A DNA stretch of 64,000 nucleotides from a bacterium. GTDB lineage: Bacteria; Actinomycetota; Acidimicrobiia; Spongiisociales; UBA5794. The notes below the pieces were generated by a model. The model was not told the origin of the DNA. It was given only the letters and a program-made list of their open reading frames with translations, and made no database searches. The position numbers and the translations under genes were made by a program. The DNA lies in contig JAAETI010000377.1 in the NCBI GenBank assembly GCA_024228555.1, positions 36,379 to 100,378 of the forward strand. Reading direction: 5' to 3'. Positions 26,570 through 37,672 of the stretch are shown in pieces. Numbering within the stretch: the first letter of the stretch is position 1; each line of letters begins with the position of its first letter.

Positions 26570-27868
26570 CTAGTGAGACAGTGCGGAGAGACGCTCGAAC
26601 ACGATTCCGCTGTGACGAAGGAAGTGTTCTGCGCTGAAGCAGCGGGACAGTACCTTCGGTGCGAGTTTCACCTCGGGGTCGGCGCTGAGCAGGTCGTGGA
26701 GGGCCAGTCCCTCATCCCATGCCTGCATTGCGTTGCGTTGGACAATCCGATAGGCCTGGTCGCGGGTTAGGCCTTGCTCTTCGATAAGAGCGAGGAGAAC
26801 AGCCTGAGAGAACACGAGACCGCGGGTTGACGCCAGGTTCTCGAGCATACGATCCGTGTCGACGACGAGGTTGGCAACGAGCCTGGTCATCCGCACCAGG
26901 GCGAAGTCGAGGATGAGGCAGGCATCGGGAAGGGCCACACGTTCCGCTGAGGAATGGGAGATGTCACGCTCATGCCAGAGCGCGACGTTCTCGAAGCCCG
27001 TGCCCGCATAACCTCGCAGTAGCCGGGCCAGACCTGTGATGTTCTCGGATGCAATCGGGTTGCGCTTGTGGGGCATAGCCGAGGAACCCTTCTGGCCTTT
27101 GCCGAAGGACTCGCGAGCCTCCCCAACCTCGGAACGTTGCAGATGGCGGATCTCCGTTGCGAAACGCTCCAGCGATGCGCCGATCAGCGCCAGCATTGCC
27201 AGGAACTCCGCATGGCGATCACGATGCGTGATCTGCGAAGACGCCGGTTCGATACCGATGCCCATTCGTCCGCAGACATATGCTTCGATCGAAGGAGGGG
27301 TGTGGGCGTAGGTGCCTACCGCACCGGAGATCTTGCCGACCGCAACTGTGTCGCGGGCCGCCGCCAGCCTGGTGCGATCCCTGTCGATTTCGAATGCCCA
27401 TGTGGCGAGCTTCAATCCGAATGTCGTCGGTTCGGCCCAGATGCCGTGGGTGCGCCCGATCATGACGGTGTTGCGGTGTTCGACGGCCTTCTGCGCAACA
27501 ACATCGAAGAACTCGTCGAGCCGTTCCTGGAGCAGCTCCGCCGCTTGTTTGAGGATCAGTCCTTGGGCCGTGTCGAGCATGTCGGACGAGGTGAGTCCGT
27601 AGTGCACCCACTCGCCACCGGTGGTCACCGACTCGGCCAGCACGTCGACGAAGGCTGCAACGTCGTGGCTGGTGATCTCCTCACGGGTCTTCCAGACCTC
27701 GGGGTCTATTTCGGGAGCAGCCCTGACCGCAATGGCGGCTGCCTCCGGGGCGATGCCCTCCTCGACCCACGCTTCGACGACAAGCGTCTCGAGTTCCTTC
27801 CAGACTTCGAGCTTGTGCTGCTCGCTCCAGATCTTCGCCATCTCCGGGAGCGTGTAACGCGGGATCAT
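26570..27868 (-). CDS. purB: Adenylosuccinate lyase
   Basis: MIPRYTLPEMAKIWSE... N-terminus and fumarate-lyase signature GSSAMPHKRNP. Confidence 0.9.
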   Translation of the reverse strand: MIPRYTLPEMAKIWSEQHKLEVWKELETLVVEAWVEEGIAPEAAAIAVRAAPEIDPEVWKTREEITSHDVAAFVDVLAESVTTGGEWVHYGLTSSDMLDTAQGLILKQAAELLQERLDEFFDVVAQKAVEHRNTVMIGRTHGIWAEPTTFGLKLATWAFEIDRDRTRLAAARDTVAVGKISGAVGTYAHTPPSIEAYVCGRMGIGIEPASSQITHRDRHAEFLAMLALIGASLERFATEIRHLQRSEVGEARESFGKGQKGSSAMPHKRNPIASENITGLARLLRGYAGTGFENVALWHERDISHSSAERVALPDACLILDFALVRMTRLVANLVVDTDRMLENLASTRGLVFSQAVLLALIEEQGLTRDQAYRIVQRNAMQAWDEGLALHDLLSADPEVKLAPKVLSRCFSAEHFLRHSGIVFERLSALSH

Positions 27869-29124
27869 GACTGAGCAACATCGCGACGGAAGTGGATTCC
27901 GCCGAAGTGGATATGTGAGGCGGCTTCGTAGGCGAGAGCTCTGGCCTCGGGCACGGTCTGACCTGTGGCGACAATGTTGAGAACCCGGCCCCCAGCAGTG
28001 ATCAAGCCGTCAGGTGTCCGTTTCGTGTTGGCATGGAACACCTGCACGTTGGGAATGGAATTGACCTCGTTGACGCCGCTGATTGCCCTGCCTACCTCCG
28101 GGTTGTCGGGATAGCCCGCGGCCGTCAGCACAACATCGACAGCCGCCCGGTCGTACCACTGCAGTGGACCGTCGGGCATGTATCCCTCTGCCGCTGATAC
28201 CAAGAGCTCGAGCAGATCCTCGTTCAGCCGGGAAAGCAACACCTGGGTTTCCGGATCACCGAGTCGACAGTTGAACTCGAGGACCTTGGGGCCTTCGTCG
28301 GTCAGCACCAGACCGGCGTATAGGAACCCTCGGTATTCAATGCCGTCTTCGGCGAGGGTTGCCAGCACCGGGTCGATCACCTGTGTGATGGTGCGATCGA
28401 CCAAGTCGTCGGGGAGATCCGTAACGGGGGAGTAGCACCCCATGCCGCCGGTGTTTGGTCCACGGCCGCCATCGAGATGCCGCTTGTAGTCGCGAGCCGG
28501 CTCGAGGGCTACGGCACGGGTTCCGTCGCAGATGGCAAATACCGAGACTTCTTGCCCGGCGAGGTGGTCTTCGATCACAACGGTGGAGCCAGCTTCGCCA
28601 AACTCGCCGCTGATGCAGAGTCGGGCCCAACCCTGTGCGGCAATGAGGTCCTCGGTAACAAGCACACCCTTGCCGTAAGCCAGTCCGTCGGCCTTCACAA
28701 CATATGGCGGCTTCACGGTTTCCAGATAATCGATGGCTTCATCGACATCGGTGAACGCTCGTGAGTTAGCCGTAGGTACCCCGGCGCGTCGCATGATTTC
28801 CTTGGCAAAGGCCTTCGAGGATTCAAGGCGTGCACCGGTCTTGGTCGGCCCATAGGCGCGAACGCCTGCCTCAGTAAGCGCATCGACGACGCCTGCCGCC
28901 AGTGGTGCCTCCGGTCCGATGACAACGAGGTCAATGGCGTTGGCCAGCGCAAGGTCGACGATTGCTTCCGTGTCCTTGATATCGATACCTGGGATGCATG
29001 CGCCCAGCTGGGCGAACCCGGGGTTGCCTGGGACTGCGATGAGGTCGGTGATGGTGTGGCTTTGCGCGAGCTTCCAGCCAAGGGCGTGTTCCCGGCCACC
29101 CCCGCCGACGAGTAGGACCCTCAT
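27865..29124 (-). CDS. purD: Phosphoribosylamine--glycine ligase
   Basis: MRVLLVGGGGREHALGWKL; ATP-grasp motifs; 4-bp overlaps with both neighbours. Confidence 0.9.
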   Translation of the reverse strand: MRVLLVGGGGREHALGWKLAQSHTITDLIAVPGNPGFAQLGACIPGIDIKDTEAIVDLALANAIDLVVIGPEAPLAAGVVDALTEAGVRAYGPTKTGARLESSKAFAKEIMRRAGVPTANSRAFTDVDEAIDYLETVKPPYVVKADGLAYGKGVLVTEDLIAAQGWARLCISGEFGEAGSTVVIEDHLAGQEVSVFAICDGTRAVALEPARDYKRHLDGGRGPNTGGMGCYSPVTDLPDDLVDRTITQVIDPVLATLAEDGIEYRGFLYAGLVLTDEGPKVLEFNCRLGDPETQVLLSRLNEDLLELLVSAAEGYMPDGPLQWYDRAAVDVVLTAAGYPDNPEVGRAISGVNEVNSIPNVQVFHANTKRTPDGLITAGGRVLNIVATGQTVPEARALAYEAASHIHFGGIHFRRDVAQS

Positions 29125-30398
29125 GTGGTCCGCATCACAGTCGCATCGCGAGCCGGTCCCACTCCGATCATCGATATTGGAATGCCGATTGTGTCCTCCA
29201 CGTACTCAATGTAGTGCTGCGCTTCCTTGGGCAGGTCTGAGAACTTGCGAACGTTCGAGATGTCGGTGTTCCACCCGGGGAGTTCTTCGTAGACGGGGCG
29301 GCAGTTGTAGAGAACCCGTTGTTGGCGCGGGAACTCTGTGTACCGGTCGCCGAGAGAGTCGTAGCCAACCGCAACCCTCAGGTTCTCGAAGTGGGAGAGG
29401 ATGTCGAGCTTGGTCATCGCGAGTTCGGTGAGACCGTTGACCCGCACTGCATATCTGAGAGCCACGAGGTCCAGCCAGCCGCAACGGCGTCGCCGCCCAG
29501 TGACAGTCCCGAACTCTCCACCGATATCAACCATCTTGGCGCCAATGTCATCAAAGAGCTCCGTGGGGAAGGGACCGGTACCGACCCTGGTGATGTAGGC
29601 CTTGGCGACGCCGACGATCCGATCGATCGTGGTGGGTCCGACCCCGCTTCCGGTCGTCGCCCCACCCGCGGTTGGGTTGGAGGAAGTCACAAACGGATAC
29701 GTCCCGTGATCGATATCCAGAAGCGTGCCCTGGGCGCCTTCGAAGATGATGTTCTTGCCTGCCTGTTGGGCTTCCCACAGCAGTAGCGAGGTGTCGGTCA
29801 CGTAGTCCCCGATACTGTCGGCATAACCGAGGTATTCGTCGGCAATTGGCTCAATGTCCATGGGCAAGGAGTTGTAGACCTTGGTGAGGATCTTGTTCTT
29901 GTCCTTGAGAGCGACCTCGAGCTTCTGACGGAAGATCTTCGGATCGAACAGGTCTTGAACCCGAATCCCGTGTCTAGAGAACTTGTCCATGTAGGCGGGA
30001 CCGATGCCACGCTTGGTGGTTCCGATCTGCTGCTGGCCCAAGAACCGCTCCATTACCGCATCCAGTTTGCGGTGATAGGGCATGATCAGGTGGGCGTTGG
30101 CGGAGATCTTGAGGCGCGTCGGGTCGATGTTGCGATCCGCCAGCTCGGCCATCTCCGTAACGAGGACCGAGGGATCGATCACGCATCCGTTTCCGATGAC
30201 AGGGGTCACTTGCGGGTACAGCACACCGCTTGGGATCAGGGTCAGAGCGAAGCGTTCGGTGCCAACGATGATGGTGTGACCAGCGTTGTTGCCACCCTGG
30301 TAGCGCACTACGACGTCGGCCGACTCGGAGAGGTGATCGGTCACCTTCCCCTTGCCCTCGTCGCCCCATTGGGCCCCAATTAGAACGGTTGTAGGCAC
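29121..30398 (-). CDS. purA: Adenylosuccinate synthetase
   Basis: GGAGGG SD 5 nt before GTG at 30398. N-terminus VPTTVLIGAQWGDEGKGK is canonical. The ORF-track extension to 30671 is rejected. Confidence 0.9.
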   Translation of the reverse strand: MPTTVLIGAQWGDEGKGKVTDHLSESADVVVRYQGGNNAGHTIIVGTERFALTLIPSGVLYPQVTPVIGNGCVIDPSVLVTEMAELADRNIDPTRLKISANAHLIMPYHRKLDAVMERFLGQQQIGTTKRGIGPAYMDKFSRHGIRVQDLFDPKIFRQKLEVALKDKNKILTKVYNSLPMDIEPIADEYLGYADSIGDYVTDTSLLLWEAQQAGKNIIFEGAQGTLLDIDHGTYPFVTSSNPTAGGATTGSGVGPTTIDRIVGVAKAYITRVGTGPFPTELFDDIGAKMVDIGGEFGTVTGRRRRCGWLDLVALRYAVRVNGLTELAMTKLDILSHFENLRVAVGYDSLGDRYTEFPRQQRVLYNCRPVYEELPGWNTDISNVRKFSDLPKEAQHYIEYVEDTIGIPISMIGVGPARDATVMRTT

Positions 30399-30531
30399 AG
30401 GATCCCTCCAAAAGCTGTGGTGACCGGTCGGGCGGATTGTACCGGGACTCCTGCCAAAGAATGCGGTGGCTTCTACTCGCCGCGGGTCATCGACAAAATG
30501 ACGGCGGCGGTAGGCGATACAATCGAAAACG

Positions 30532-31137
30532 ATGCCGAAGATCAATGCCGCGACGATCAACGAACACAAAGAGCAAACACGGACCGCGTTGCTTGATGCC
30601 GGGGCCGCGGCTTTTGTTCGATCCGGGCTGGCGGAAACATCGATCGGAACGCTTGCCGATGATGCCGGCATCGCAAGGACGACGGTTTATGAGTACTTCC
30701 CGAACAAGGAAGCGGTGCTAGCTGCCCTAATCGAGGAGCGGGTACCTCCGGTTGTAGAACGCGCGATCAGCGACCTGCCCGAGGTCGGGCCCGCAGAGCG
30801 TCTTTCCGAGATCCTGCGCCGCGGATTCCAGCTCGTTGCTGAGTTCCCCGTCGAAGCGATGCTGATGTTTCGGGTGAGTCGTGAGCTACCGAAGCCTGAA
30901 CGTGACCAATCTTGGTCTGTTTTTGACGTAATCCGTGAGGAAATGATGAGCCTTTGTGCCGCAGGCATCGCCAGGGGCGTATTTGCGGCCATGGATCCGA
31001 CCACCTTGGGAACCATCGTTGCTGATCACTTCGTTGGAGGTATTGACGAACTAGCGGCTAGAACCGATGAGGATGCAGAAGACATCATCGAGACGAGAAT
31101 CAGCTTTCTGTACCACGGGCTCGGCCCAGCGGACTAG
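30532..31137 (+). CDS. TetR/AcrR-family transcriptional regulator
   Basis: HTH region TSIGTLADDAGIARTTVYEYFPNKEAVL. Confidence 0.8.
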   Translation: MPKINAATINEHKEQTRTALLDAGAAAFVRSGLAETSIGTLADDAGIARTTVYEYFPNKEAVLAALIEERVPPVVERAISDLPEVGPAERLSEILRRGFQLVAEFPVEAMLMFRVSRELPKPERDQSWSVFDVIREEMMSLCAAGIARGVFAAMDPTTLGTIVADHFVGGIDELAARTDEDAEDIIETRISFLYHGLGPAD

Positions 31138-31214
31138 CCATTGGTAGGCTGCATCCGTTAACCTCGCACGCCGAGTATGTTTCTAGCGCTCATAATCCCG
31201 GGAGCGGATCACTC

Positions 31215-31739
31215 TTGAAGGAACAAAGCCCAGTACGCAGAGCAACCCGTCAGCCGACGGGTGCGCTTACCGTCCTTGCCGAATCAAAAGAGCCAGCCAT
31301 TAGGACTGAGGCTCTTCATTTCACGTCCACCGAACCGATGGAGTTCTGGGATGTTACGGATCTAACCCGTGAAGTCGTTGGGCGGTCCGGGGTGCGGCAT
31401 GGTCAGGTGACCGTATACAGCCCGCATACGACAACGACTGTCGTGGTCAACGAGTCCGAGACTGGTTTCCTCAACGACTTTCGTCGCCTAATGGGAAATC
31501 TGGTGCCCGAGGATGCCTACTACGAGCACGATGATCACTCGGTCCGGACTGAGAACCTGCAAGAGGACGAGTTCATCAACGGCCATGCCCATTGTCGGCA
31601 GATGATGGTTGGGCAACCTTCGGTGACGGTTCCTGTCGTTGACGGAGAGGTGTTGCTTGGTCAGTGGCAGCGGATCCTCTTTGGTGAACTCGATCAGGCT
31701 CGCGACCGCCGCGTCTTCTTCCACGCCCAGGGCATCTAG
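31215..31739 (+). CDS. YjbQ/UPF0047-family protein (secondary thiamine-phosphate synthase-like)
   Basis: GHAHCRQMMVGQPSVTVPVVDGEVLLGQWQRILFGELD matches the YjbQ C-terminal signature. The N-terminal start is uncertain and may be shorter. Confidence 0.6.
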   Translation: MKEQSPVRRATRQPTGALTVLAESKEPAIRTEALHFTSTEPMEFWDVTDLTREVVGRSGVRHGQVTVYSPHTTTTVVVNESETGFLNDFRRLMGNLVPEDAYYEHDDHSVRTENLQEDEFINGHAHCRQMMVGQPSVTVPVVDGEVLLGQWQRILFGELDQARDRRVFFHAQGI

Positions 31740-31895
31740 CTCGCAAACTCCTGTGGACAGCCGTCCGAGATTCGTCTTCTCATGGGTTTTATTGTCAGGA
31801 ACTGGTGGCGCGCTTTGGATCGCCCGGCTACATTCGCAGCACGCACTCACCCGAGTGCGCTTCGCAAACACGAAACTAGAGGGAGGGAAATCCTC

Positions 31896-33023
31896 ATGAT
31901 CAAACGATTGATGCTGCTCCTTGCAGTGCTCGCGCTTGTGGCTGCGGCGTGTGGCGGTACTTCAGATACCGAAGAGACCACGACGACGGCGGCCACGGAC
32001 GACGGAACAACCGAAACTACAGCGGGATCCACAGACGATGGTGGTGGCGACGCCGGACAAGGATCTGAGGGTGGCACCCTCGCAACTGTCCAAGCTCGCG
32101 GCAAGCTCATCTGTGGCGTCAGCGGCTCTGCCGTTGCATTCTCGGAGACACAGTCTGATGGCAGCGCCACCGGCTTTGATGCCGACTACTGCCGGGCAGT
32201 AGCGGCAGCCGTTCTTGGCGATGCCAATGCAGTCGAGTTCAGGGCCTTGACGGCCGCAGAACGCTTCGAAGCGCTCAAGAACAACGAAATCGACGTGCTG
32301 ATTCGTAACACCACATGGACCCAAAGCCGTGACACGGACATCGGTATGGACTTCGCTCCGACCACGTTCTACGACGGCCAGCAGGTCATGGGACGGCGTG
32401 ACAAGGGCTTCACCGAGGACTCAACGTTGGCTGATGTCGATGGCGCCATCTTGTGCACCAACGCAGGAACCACAACCGAGAAGAACATCACCGAGGGTGC
32501 AGCACTCTCTGGTGCAACCATCACTCTGGAAACGGTAGAGACCTTCCCAGAGGCAATGGAGAAGTTCATCGCAGGTACGTGTGACCTGACGACAACCGAC
32601 GGTTCCGGCCTGGTTGGTAACAAGGCGACACAGGACACGAACGACGAGTGGGTCATCTTCCCACGTGCACCGATCTCCAAAGAGCCGTTGGGTCCGGTTT
32701 ACCGGCAGAACGACTCCCAGTGGGGCGACATCATCAACTGGACCGTCTATGCAACCATCATCGCTGATGAGAATGACGTGACCTCAGCTAACGCTAGCCA
32801 GGACGATGAGCGTCCAGAGATCAGCCGTCTGTTCGGCGGAGAGGGCGAACTGCAGACCAAGATGGGTCTCGAGGCAGATGCTTTCTTCCAGGTAATCACC
32901 CAGGTTGGCAACTACGACGAGATCTTCTCCCGCAACTTGAACCCCGTTGGGTTGTTCCGTGAAGGAACGTTCAACGCACCGTTCAACGAGGGTGGCATGA
33001 TCTTCGCACCGCCGGCTCGCTAG
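31896..33023 (+). CDS. General L-amino-acid ABC transporter substrate-binding lipoprotein (AapJ-like)
   Basis: GAGGGAGGG SD before ATG at 31896. Lipobox LVAAACGG and a Thr/Gly/Asp-rich linker. PBP family-3 fold. Confidence 0.8.
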   Translation: MIKRLMLLLAVLALVAAACGGTSDTEETTTTAATDDGTTETTAGSTDDGGGDAGQGSEGGTLATVQARGKLICGVSGSAVAFSETQSDGSATGFDADYCRAVAAAVLGDANAVEFRALTAAERFEALKNNEIDVLIRNTTWTQSRDTDIGMDFAPTTFYDGQQVMGRRDKGFTEDSTLADVDGAILCTNAGTTTEKNITEGAALSGATITLETVETFPEAMEKFIAGTCDLTTTDGSGLVGNKATQDTNDEWVIFPRAPISKEPLGPVYRQNDSQWGDIINWTVYATIIADENDVTSANASQDDERPEISRLFGGEGELQTKMGLEADAFFQVITQVGNYDEIFSRNLNPVGLFREGTFNAPFNEGGMIFAPPAR

Positions 33024-33046
33024 AGAATCAAGCTCAGTAGCTTGAG

Positions 33047-33076
33047 AAGGGGCGCCTCCGGGCGCCCCTTCTTTTT
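33047..33076 (+). terminator. Rho-independent terminator after the binding-protein gene
   Basis: AAGGGGCGCC-TCCG-GGCGCCCCTT is a perfect 10-bp stem, followed by CTTTTT. Confidence 0.75.
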
Positions 33077-33157
33077 GTGCTCGAAGAGCCCAGCTGGAGG
33101 GGGCCGAGATCACTTCCAGTGGCGCGGCGACCTTCGCCGTGGCTAGGGTCCTTTGCG

Positions 33158-34744
33158 ATGGAGAGGGAGAACAAGGCCCCTGACGCTGCGGGCGATTCGG
33201 CTGTTTCGACTCGTGTGCACGCCAGGCCGCCTATCTGGCGCAACATATCGGTAATCAAGTGGGTAGCTCAGCTTGCCGCGCTTGTTGCGGTATTGGCCCT
33301 GTTCTGGCTTCTCGGCAGCGAAGCAGCGAAGAACTTCTCCGCGAGCGGTATCTCGTTTGGATGGGACTGGTTGTCAGACCCGTTCGGGGTGAACATCCGC
33401 GAAGGAATTGACGTCAACCCTGACAGCGGTGCCCGTGCTCTCGTGGTTGGTGCCGTCAACACGTTGCGAGTCGCAATATCTGGGATCTTCGCCGCAACCA
33501 TCCTCGGCACCGTCGTCGGCGTCGCCCGGCTCTCGCGCAACTGGATTGTGAACAGGCTCGCCACCGTCTACATCGAGATCATCCGCAACATCCCGCTTCT
33601 CGTCCAGATTTTCTTCTGGTCCGCCTTGACCATCGGGTTGTCGGATCTGGTGGAAGATGACGTAGGAACACATCTGTTCAAGGCCTCCAACAAGGGCTTC
33701 GGTCTCGCCTGGCTGTTCCCCTCGACCGGGTTCTGGCCGTGGCTGCTCATCGTCATCGTTGGCTTGGTCGCTGCCAAGTTCGTCGCCGCTTGGCGGACCC
33801 GGCTCATGGAGGAGACAGGGAAGGAGGCCTACTCGCTGACGTACGCGTTCGGTACGGTCGCCTTGTTTGGCCTCGTTGGCTGGTTCATCCACCCGATTCT
33901 TGGGTTCCTGTCTGGTGTGTGGGACGCCATCGGCGACTTCATCGGAGGGCTTCCATCATCCACGGTTTCGGTTGTTATCGCCGCCGCCGGACTCTTGGGA
34001 GCTGCCTGGTGGATACGCCAGTTCTTCGAAAGCAGAAGGACGCCCGCCGGCTTTGGCAAGATGACCGACGACGACATCTTCCGAATCGTATTCGCCGGTC
34101 TCGTTGGGTTGGGCGTAGCACTTGTCGGCTTTGCGCTGGGCGGAGCCTCGATAGAGACACCGGGGGGCGATGTGCTCACGGTCGCCGAACTCATCCGCAA
34201 TGGCTTCTCGAATGGGTTCCACTGGTTTGCGGACAAGTTCACCGGCGATTCCGGAGGACCTATATCGTTCTCGCAAGCCAATGTTGAGGTTCGTGGCGCT
34301 GGGTTCACCCAGTTTGGCACGGATGGAATCATCATCACTCCACCCTTCTTCGCCGTGTGGGTCGGGGTCACGCTGTATACCGCCGCCTTTATCGCTGAGA
34401 TCGTCCGCGGCGGCATTCTTGCGGTTTCCAAGGGTCAGACTGAAGCAGCCCAGGCAGTCGGGCTCAAACGATCGCAGTATTTGCGGCTCATCATCCTGCC
34501 GCAGGCGTTCCGCATCATCCTCCCTCCAATGGGGAATCAGTACCTGAACCTCGCCAAGAACACATCACTGGGTCTTGCCGTGGCTTTTGCCGACATCGTG
34601 GCGGTCGGGTTTACAGCTATCAACCAAACCGGCCAGTCATTGCCGGTGGTGCTCGTCTGGATGGCGTTCTTCGTGACGATGAGCCTGATCATTTCCGGCA
34701 TCGTCAACTACTACAACCGCAAACTGAAGCTCGTGGAGCGATGA
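33158..34744 (+). CDS. Amino-acid ABC transporter permease (AapQ-like, enlarged)
   Basis: C-terminal conserved permease core with EAA loop ([29 protein letters not shown]) and an extended multi-TM N-terminal half. Confidence 0.8.
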   Translation: MERENKAPDAAGDSAVSTRVHARPPIWRNISVIKWVAQLAALVAVLALFWLLGSEAAKNFSASGISFGWDWLSDPFGVNIREGIDVNPDSGARALVVGAVNTLRVAISGIFAATILGTVVGVARLSRNWIVNRLATVYIEIIRNIPLLVQIFFWSALTIGLSDLVEDDVGTHLFKASNKGFGLAWLFPSTGFWPWLLIVIVGLVAAKFVAAWRTRLMEETGKEAYSLTYAFGTVALFGLVGWFIHPILGFLSGVWDAIGDFIGGLPSSTVSVVIAAAGLLGAAWWIRQFFESRRTPAGFGKMTDDDIFRIVFAGLVGLGVALVGFALGGASIETPGGDVLTVAELIRNGFSNGFHWFADKFTGDSGGPISFSQANVEVRGAGFTQFGTDGIIITPPFFAVWVGVTLYTAAFIAEIVRGGILAVSKGQTEAAQAVGLKRSQYLRLIILPQAFRIILPPMGNQYLNLAKNTSLGLAVAFADIVAVGFTAINQTGQSLPVVLVWMAFFVTMSLIISGIVNYYNRKLKLVER

Positions 34745-34745
34745 G

Positions 34746-36632
34746 ATGACATCGAATATCGTCACCGACAATGTGAGCGAGCTGGCCCCCGAGCCACCGC
34801 CGCACGGTCCCGTTGTCTGGGCCAGGACGAACCTGTTCTACTCCGCGTTCAGCACCATCCTGACGGTCGTGTTCGGAGCCATCGGTCTACTGGCCGCCAA
34901 AGGGTTGCTCGCCTTCATGTTCGACCCAGAGCGCCGATGGGATGCCGTAACCAAGAACATGCGGCTGCTGATGACTCAGGCCTATCCGGCCGGAGAGAAC
35001 CTCACGCTGACCGATGCTATGGGCGAGCCAATCAACCAGTTCCATCGGATCTGGATAACCGTCGGCATCGTTGCTTTCCTGCTAGCAGTGACCTTTGCTG
35101 TGTTCCGAATTGGCGGCAAGATCGCTCCGCGCTCATTGGGTCGAATCCTCGAAGGGATAGGGGCGGCTGCAATCGGGGTGGCAATCCTCGGGCCATTCGA
35201 CACGACAGCTCGCATCATCTGGCTGGTCTTCGGAGGTGTGGTTGCCGCGGTGGGCTACTACCTGGCCAACCAGCTTGGAGAACGCGGCAAGGAGGAGTTC
35301 ATACCGGCGGTCTCGCTCATCGCTGTTGGACTCGGTCTCATCGTTGCCCTGGCTTGGATGCTGCAATTGCCTTTCCCTGTCAAGGTCGATGCCGATACCG
35401 CAACCGACCTAACGCCTACCGCCCCCGGCCAGTTCATTGAGTATCAGGACATTGCGACGAGCACCTTGGTGCCTTGGACCCTGATATTCATCGGGATCAT
35501 TCTCTTCTACCTGCTGGGCATGGCAATCCGGGATCGTGGGCCCCATGAGGGTGGCGTCATCCGCAACGTCCTGGTAGGGATGTGGATCGCCGCCTTCCCG
35601 TTCCTCGTGCTGGTTGTTCTGCGCGATCCGGCGATCAACTACGACAAGGTTTGGCCGTGGTACATCGGGTTGGCTCTGGCGTTCATTGTTGTCGGAGGCT
35701 TCCTGCTCAACTATCTGGCCAGCAAGGCCGCCGGTGAGGCTGGGCGCGCCATCGCCGCGCTGCTGGTGGTAGTGGCCATCGGTAGCTTCTTTGTGTCAAC
35801 TGAGTACATCGTGAGATTCCTGCTCATGTCGCTAGCGCTGTTTGCGTTGGCTGCTCCGACGTTCGGTGGAGAGGGGTCGTCGCGCACGAGATTCCTCTTG
35901 GCGTGGGCTTCATTTGTCGTGATCTTGGTGTACACCATCACCTTGACGACCACCGAGTCGACGGTTGAGGTACCGGGCAACTTCTTCATCGGAGGCCTCT
36001 TCCTAACGTTCATCATCGCCATCACCGCTGTCGTCGCCTCGTTCCCGATCGGCGTGGTTTTGGCCCTGGCGAGAACTTCGACCATGCCGATCTTCCGGCT
36101 CATGGCGACGGCATACATCGAATTGGTGCGAGGCGTGCCGCTGATCACCTGGCTGTTGGTTGCTTTCCTGATGTTGCCCGTAGCCCTCCCCGAAGGTGTC
36201 GAGCTTGGTGGCGTCGTGCGGGCCATCATCATGATTGCGTTCTTCTCGGCGGCCTATTTGGCTGAGAACGTCCGTGGTGGTCTCCAGGCCATTGCCAAGG
36301 GGCAGTACGAGGCCGCACAAGCACTTGGCCTGTCAACGGTGCAGATGACAGTATTCATCACGCTGCCGCAGGCACTCCGTGCTGTCATCCCGGCTTTGGT
36401 CGGTCAGATCATCGCTCTCTTCAAGGACACCTCGCTGGTGACCATCGTGGGTCTGTTCGACATTCTCCATATCGCCCGTCAGGTGATCCCTGCGCAGACG
36501 CAGCCACTCAATTTCCTTGGATCAATCAAAGAGACGCTGATCTTCACGGCCGTCGTCTACTGGATATTCACTTTCACTTTCTCCCGGATCAGCCTGAGGC
36601 TCGAGAAGAGACTCGGCGTGGGTGAGCGCTAA
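34746..36632 (+). CDS. Amino-acid ABC transporter permease (AapM-like, enlarged)
   Basis: EAA loop [30 protein letters not shown]. About 400 aa of extra N-terminal TM helices. Confidence 0.8.
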   Translation: MTSNIVTDNVSELAPEPPPHGPVVWARTNLFYSAFSTILTVVFGAIGLLAAKGLLAFMFDPERRWDAVTKNMRLLMTQAYPAGENLTLTDAMGEPINQFHRIWITVGIVAFLLAVTFAVFRIGGKIAPRSLGRILEGIGAAAIGVAILGPFDTTARIIWLVFGGVVAAVGYYLANQLGERGKEEFIPAVSLIAVGLGLIVALAWMLQLPFPVKVDADTATDLTPTAPGQFIEYQDIATSTLVPWTLIFIGIILFYLLGMAIRDRGPHEGGVIRNVLVGMWIAAFPFLVLVVLRDPAINYDKVWPWYIGLALAFIVVGGFLLNYLASKAAGEAGRAIAALLVVVAIGSFFVSTEYIVRFLLMSLALFALAAPTFGGEGSSRTRFLLAWASFVVILVYTITLTTTESTVEVPGNFFIGGLFLTFIIAITAVVASFPIGVVLALARTSTMPIFRLMATAYIELVRGVPLITWLLVAFLMLPVALPEGVELGGVVRAIIMIAFFSAAYLAENVRGGLQAIAKGQYEAAQALGLSTVQMTVFITLPQALRAVIPALVGQIIALFKDTSLVTIVGLFDILHIARQVIPAQTQPLNFLGSIKETLIFTAVVYWIFTFTFSRISLRLEKRLGVGER

Positions 36633-36646
36633 CCGATGGAGGCCTC

Positions 36647-37393
36647 ATGAAAACCGAAAACGCCAAGGACATCATCGTTTGTGATGGCGTCAAGAAGTGG
36701 TTTGGGGATTTCCAAGCCCTCAAAGGTGTGACCACCACCGTCAAGGAACAGGAAGTCGTCGTCATCATCGGTCCTTCCGGGTCCGGCAAGTCCACGCTGA
36801 TCCGCTGTATCAACCGGCTCGAGGCCCATCAAGAGGGCTCGATCATTGTCGACGGTATCGAGCTCACCAACGACCTCCGCAACATCGAGAAGATCCGCTC
36901 CGAGGTGGGCATGGTCTTCCAGCAGTTCAACCTGTTCCCACATCTGACCGTCCTCGACAACATCACGCTCGCTCCTCTGTGGGTTCGCAAGAATCCCCGT
37001 GCCGACGCCGAGCAGGTCGGCATGGAGCTGCTGGAGCGGGTGGGAATCCCCGAGCAAGCCAAGAAGTACCCAGGGCAACTCTCCGGTGGTCAGCAGCAGC
37101 GTGTTGCTATCGCACGGGCTCTTGCGATGAAGCCAAAGGTGATGCTCTTCGACGAGCCGACTTCGGCCCTCGACCCCGAGATGATCAAAGAAGTGCTCGA
37201 CGTAATGAAGGAATTGGCCCTGTCGGGCATGACAATGATCGTCGTCACCCACGAGATGGGCTTCGCCCGCGAGGTCGCCGACCGCGTCCTGTTCTTCGAC
37301 TACGGCACCATCGTCGAAGACGGTACCCCCGAGCACTTCTTCACCAACCCCCAGCACGACCGCACCAAGCTATTCCTGAGTCAGATCCTCTGA
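36647..37393 (+). CDS. Amino-acid ABC transporter ATP-binding protein (AapP-like)
   Basis: Walker [10 protein letters not shown], signature [15 protein letters not shown], Walker [12 protein letters not shown]. Confidence 0.9.
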   Translation: MKTENAKDIIVCDGVKKWFGDFQALKGVTTTVKEQEVVVIIGPSGSGKSTLIRCINRLEAHQEGSIIVDGIELTNDLRNIEKIRSEVGMVFQQFNLFPHLTVLDNITLAPLWVRKNPRADAEQVGMELLERVGIPEQAKKYPGQLSGGQQQRVAIARALAMKPKVMLFDEPTSALDPEMIKEVLDVMKELALSGMTMIVVTHEMGFAREVADRVLFFDYGTIVEDGTPEHFFTNPQHDRTKLFLSQIL

Positions 37394-37396
37394 CTT

Positions 37397-37428
37397 TCGG
37401 GCGAATCAGGATTCGCCCGAGTTTCTTC
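37397..37428 (+). terminator. Rho-independent terminator after the AapP-like gene
   Basis: TCGGGCGAATC-AGG-ATTCGCCCGA is followed by GTTTCTTC, 4 nt after the stop. Confidence 0.65.
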
Positions 37429-37516
37429 GCCGTGGCCCTTCGGGCACGGCTCCGTAATCGAGCGGCTTTCGCCGCGCTCTTTCTGGGACGCTCAGGCGAA
37501 GCCTTCCCGTCCCAAG

Positions 37517-37605
37517 TTGAGGGGGCCGGCACAAAGGCCGCCCCCTCAAACTCCTCCACAAATGGAAGAGCGGTCTTCTCTTGCAGCTCTCCCCTTGTGG
37601 GAGAG
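37517..37605. terminator. Two further GC-rich hairpins in the convergent intergenic region
   Basis: TTGAGGGGG(CCGGC-ACAAAG-GCCG)CCCCCTCAA at 37517-37549. GCTCTCCCC-TTGT-GGGAGAGC at 37585-37605. Neither has a U-tract. Confidence 0.4.
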
Positions 37606-37672
37606 CAGGGCTAGGCCACGCCGAAGACGTGGACTAGACCGAGAGGGGGAGAACGTGAGCGGACGCCCCGGG

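Noticed and set aside
29121-30671. 516-aa PurA ORF
   Set aside because: PurA homology begins at VPTTVLIGAQWGDEGKG; GTG 30398 has a GGAGGG SD; the 90-aa extension has no homology.
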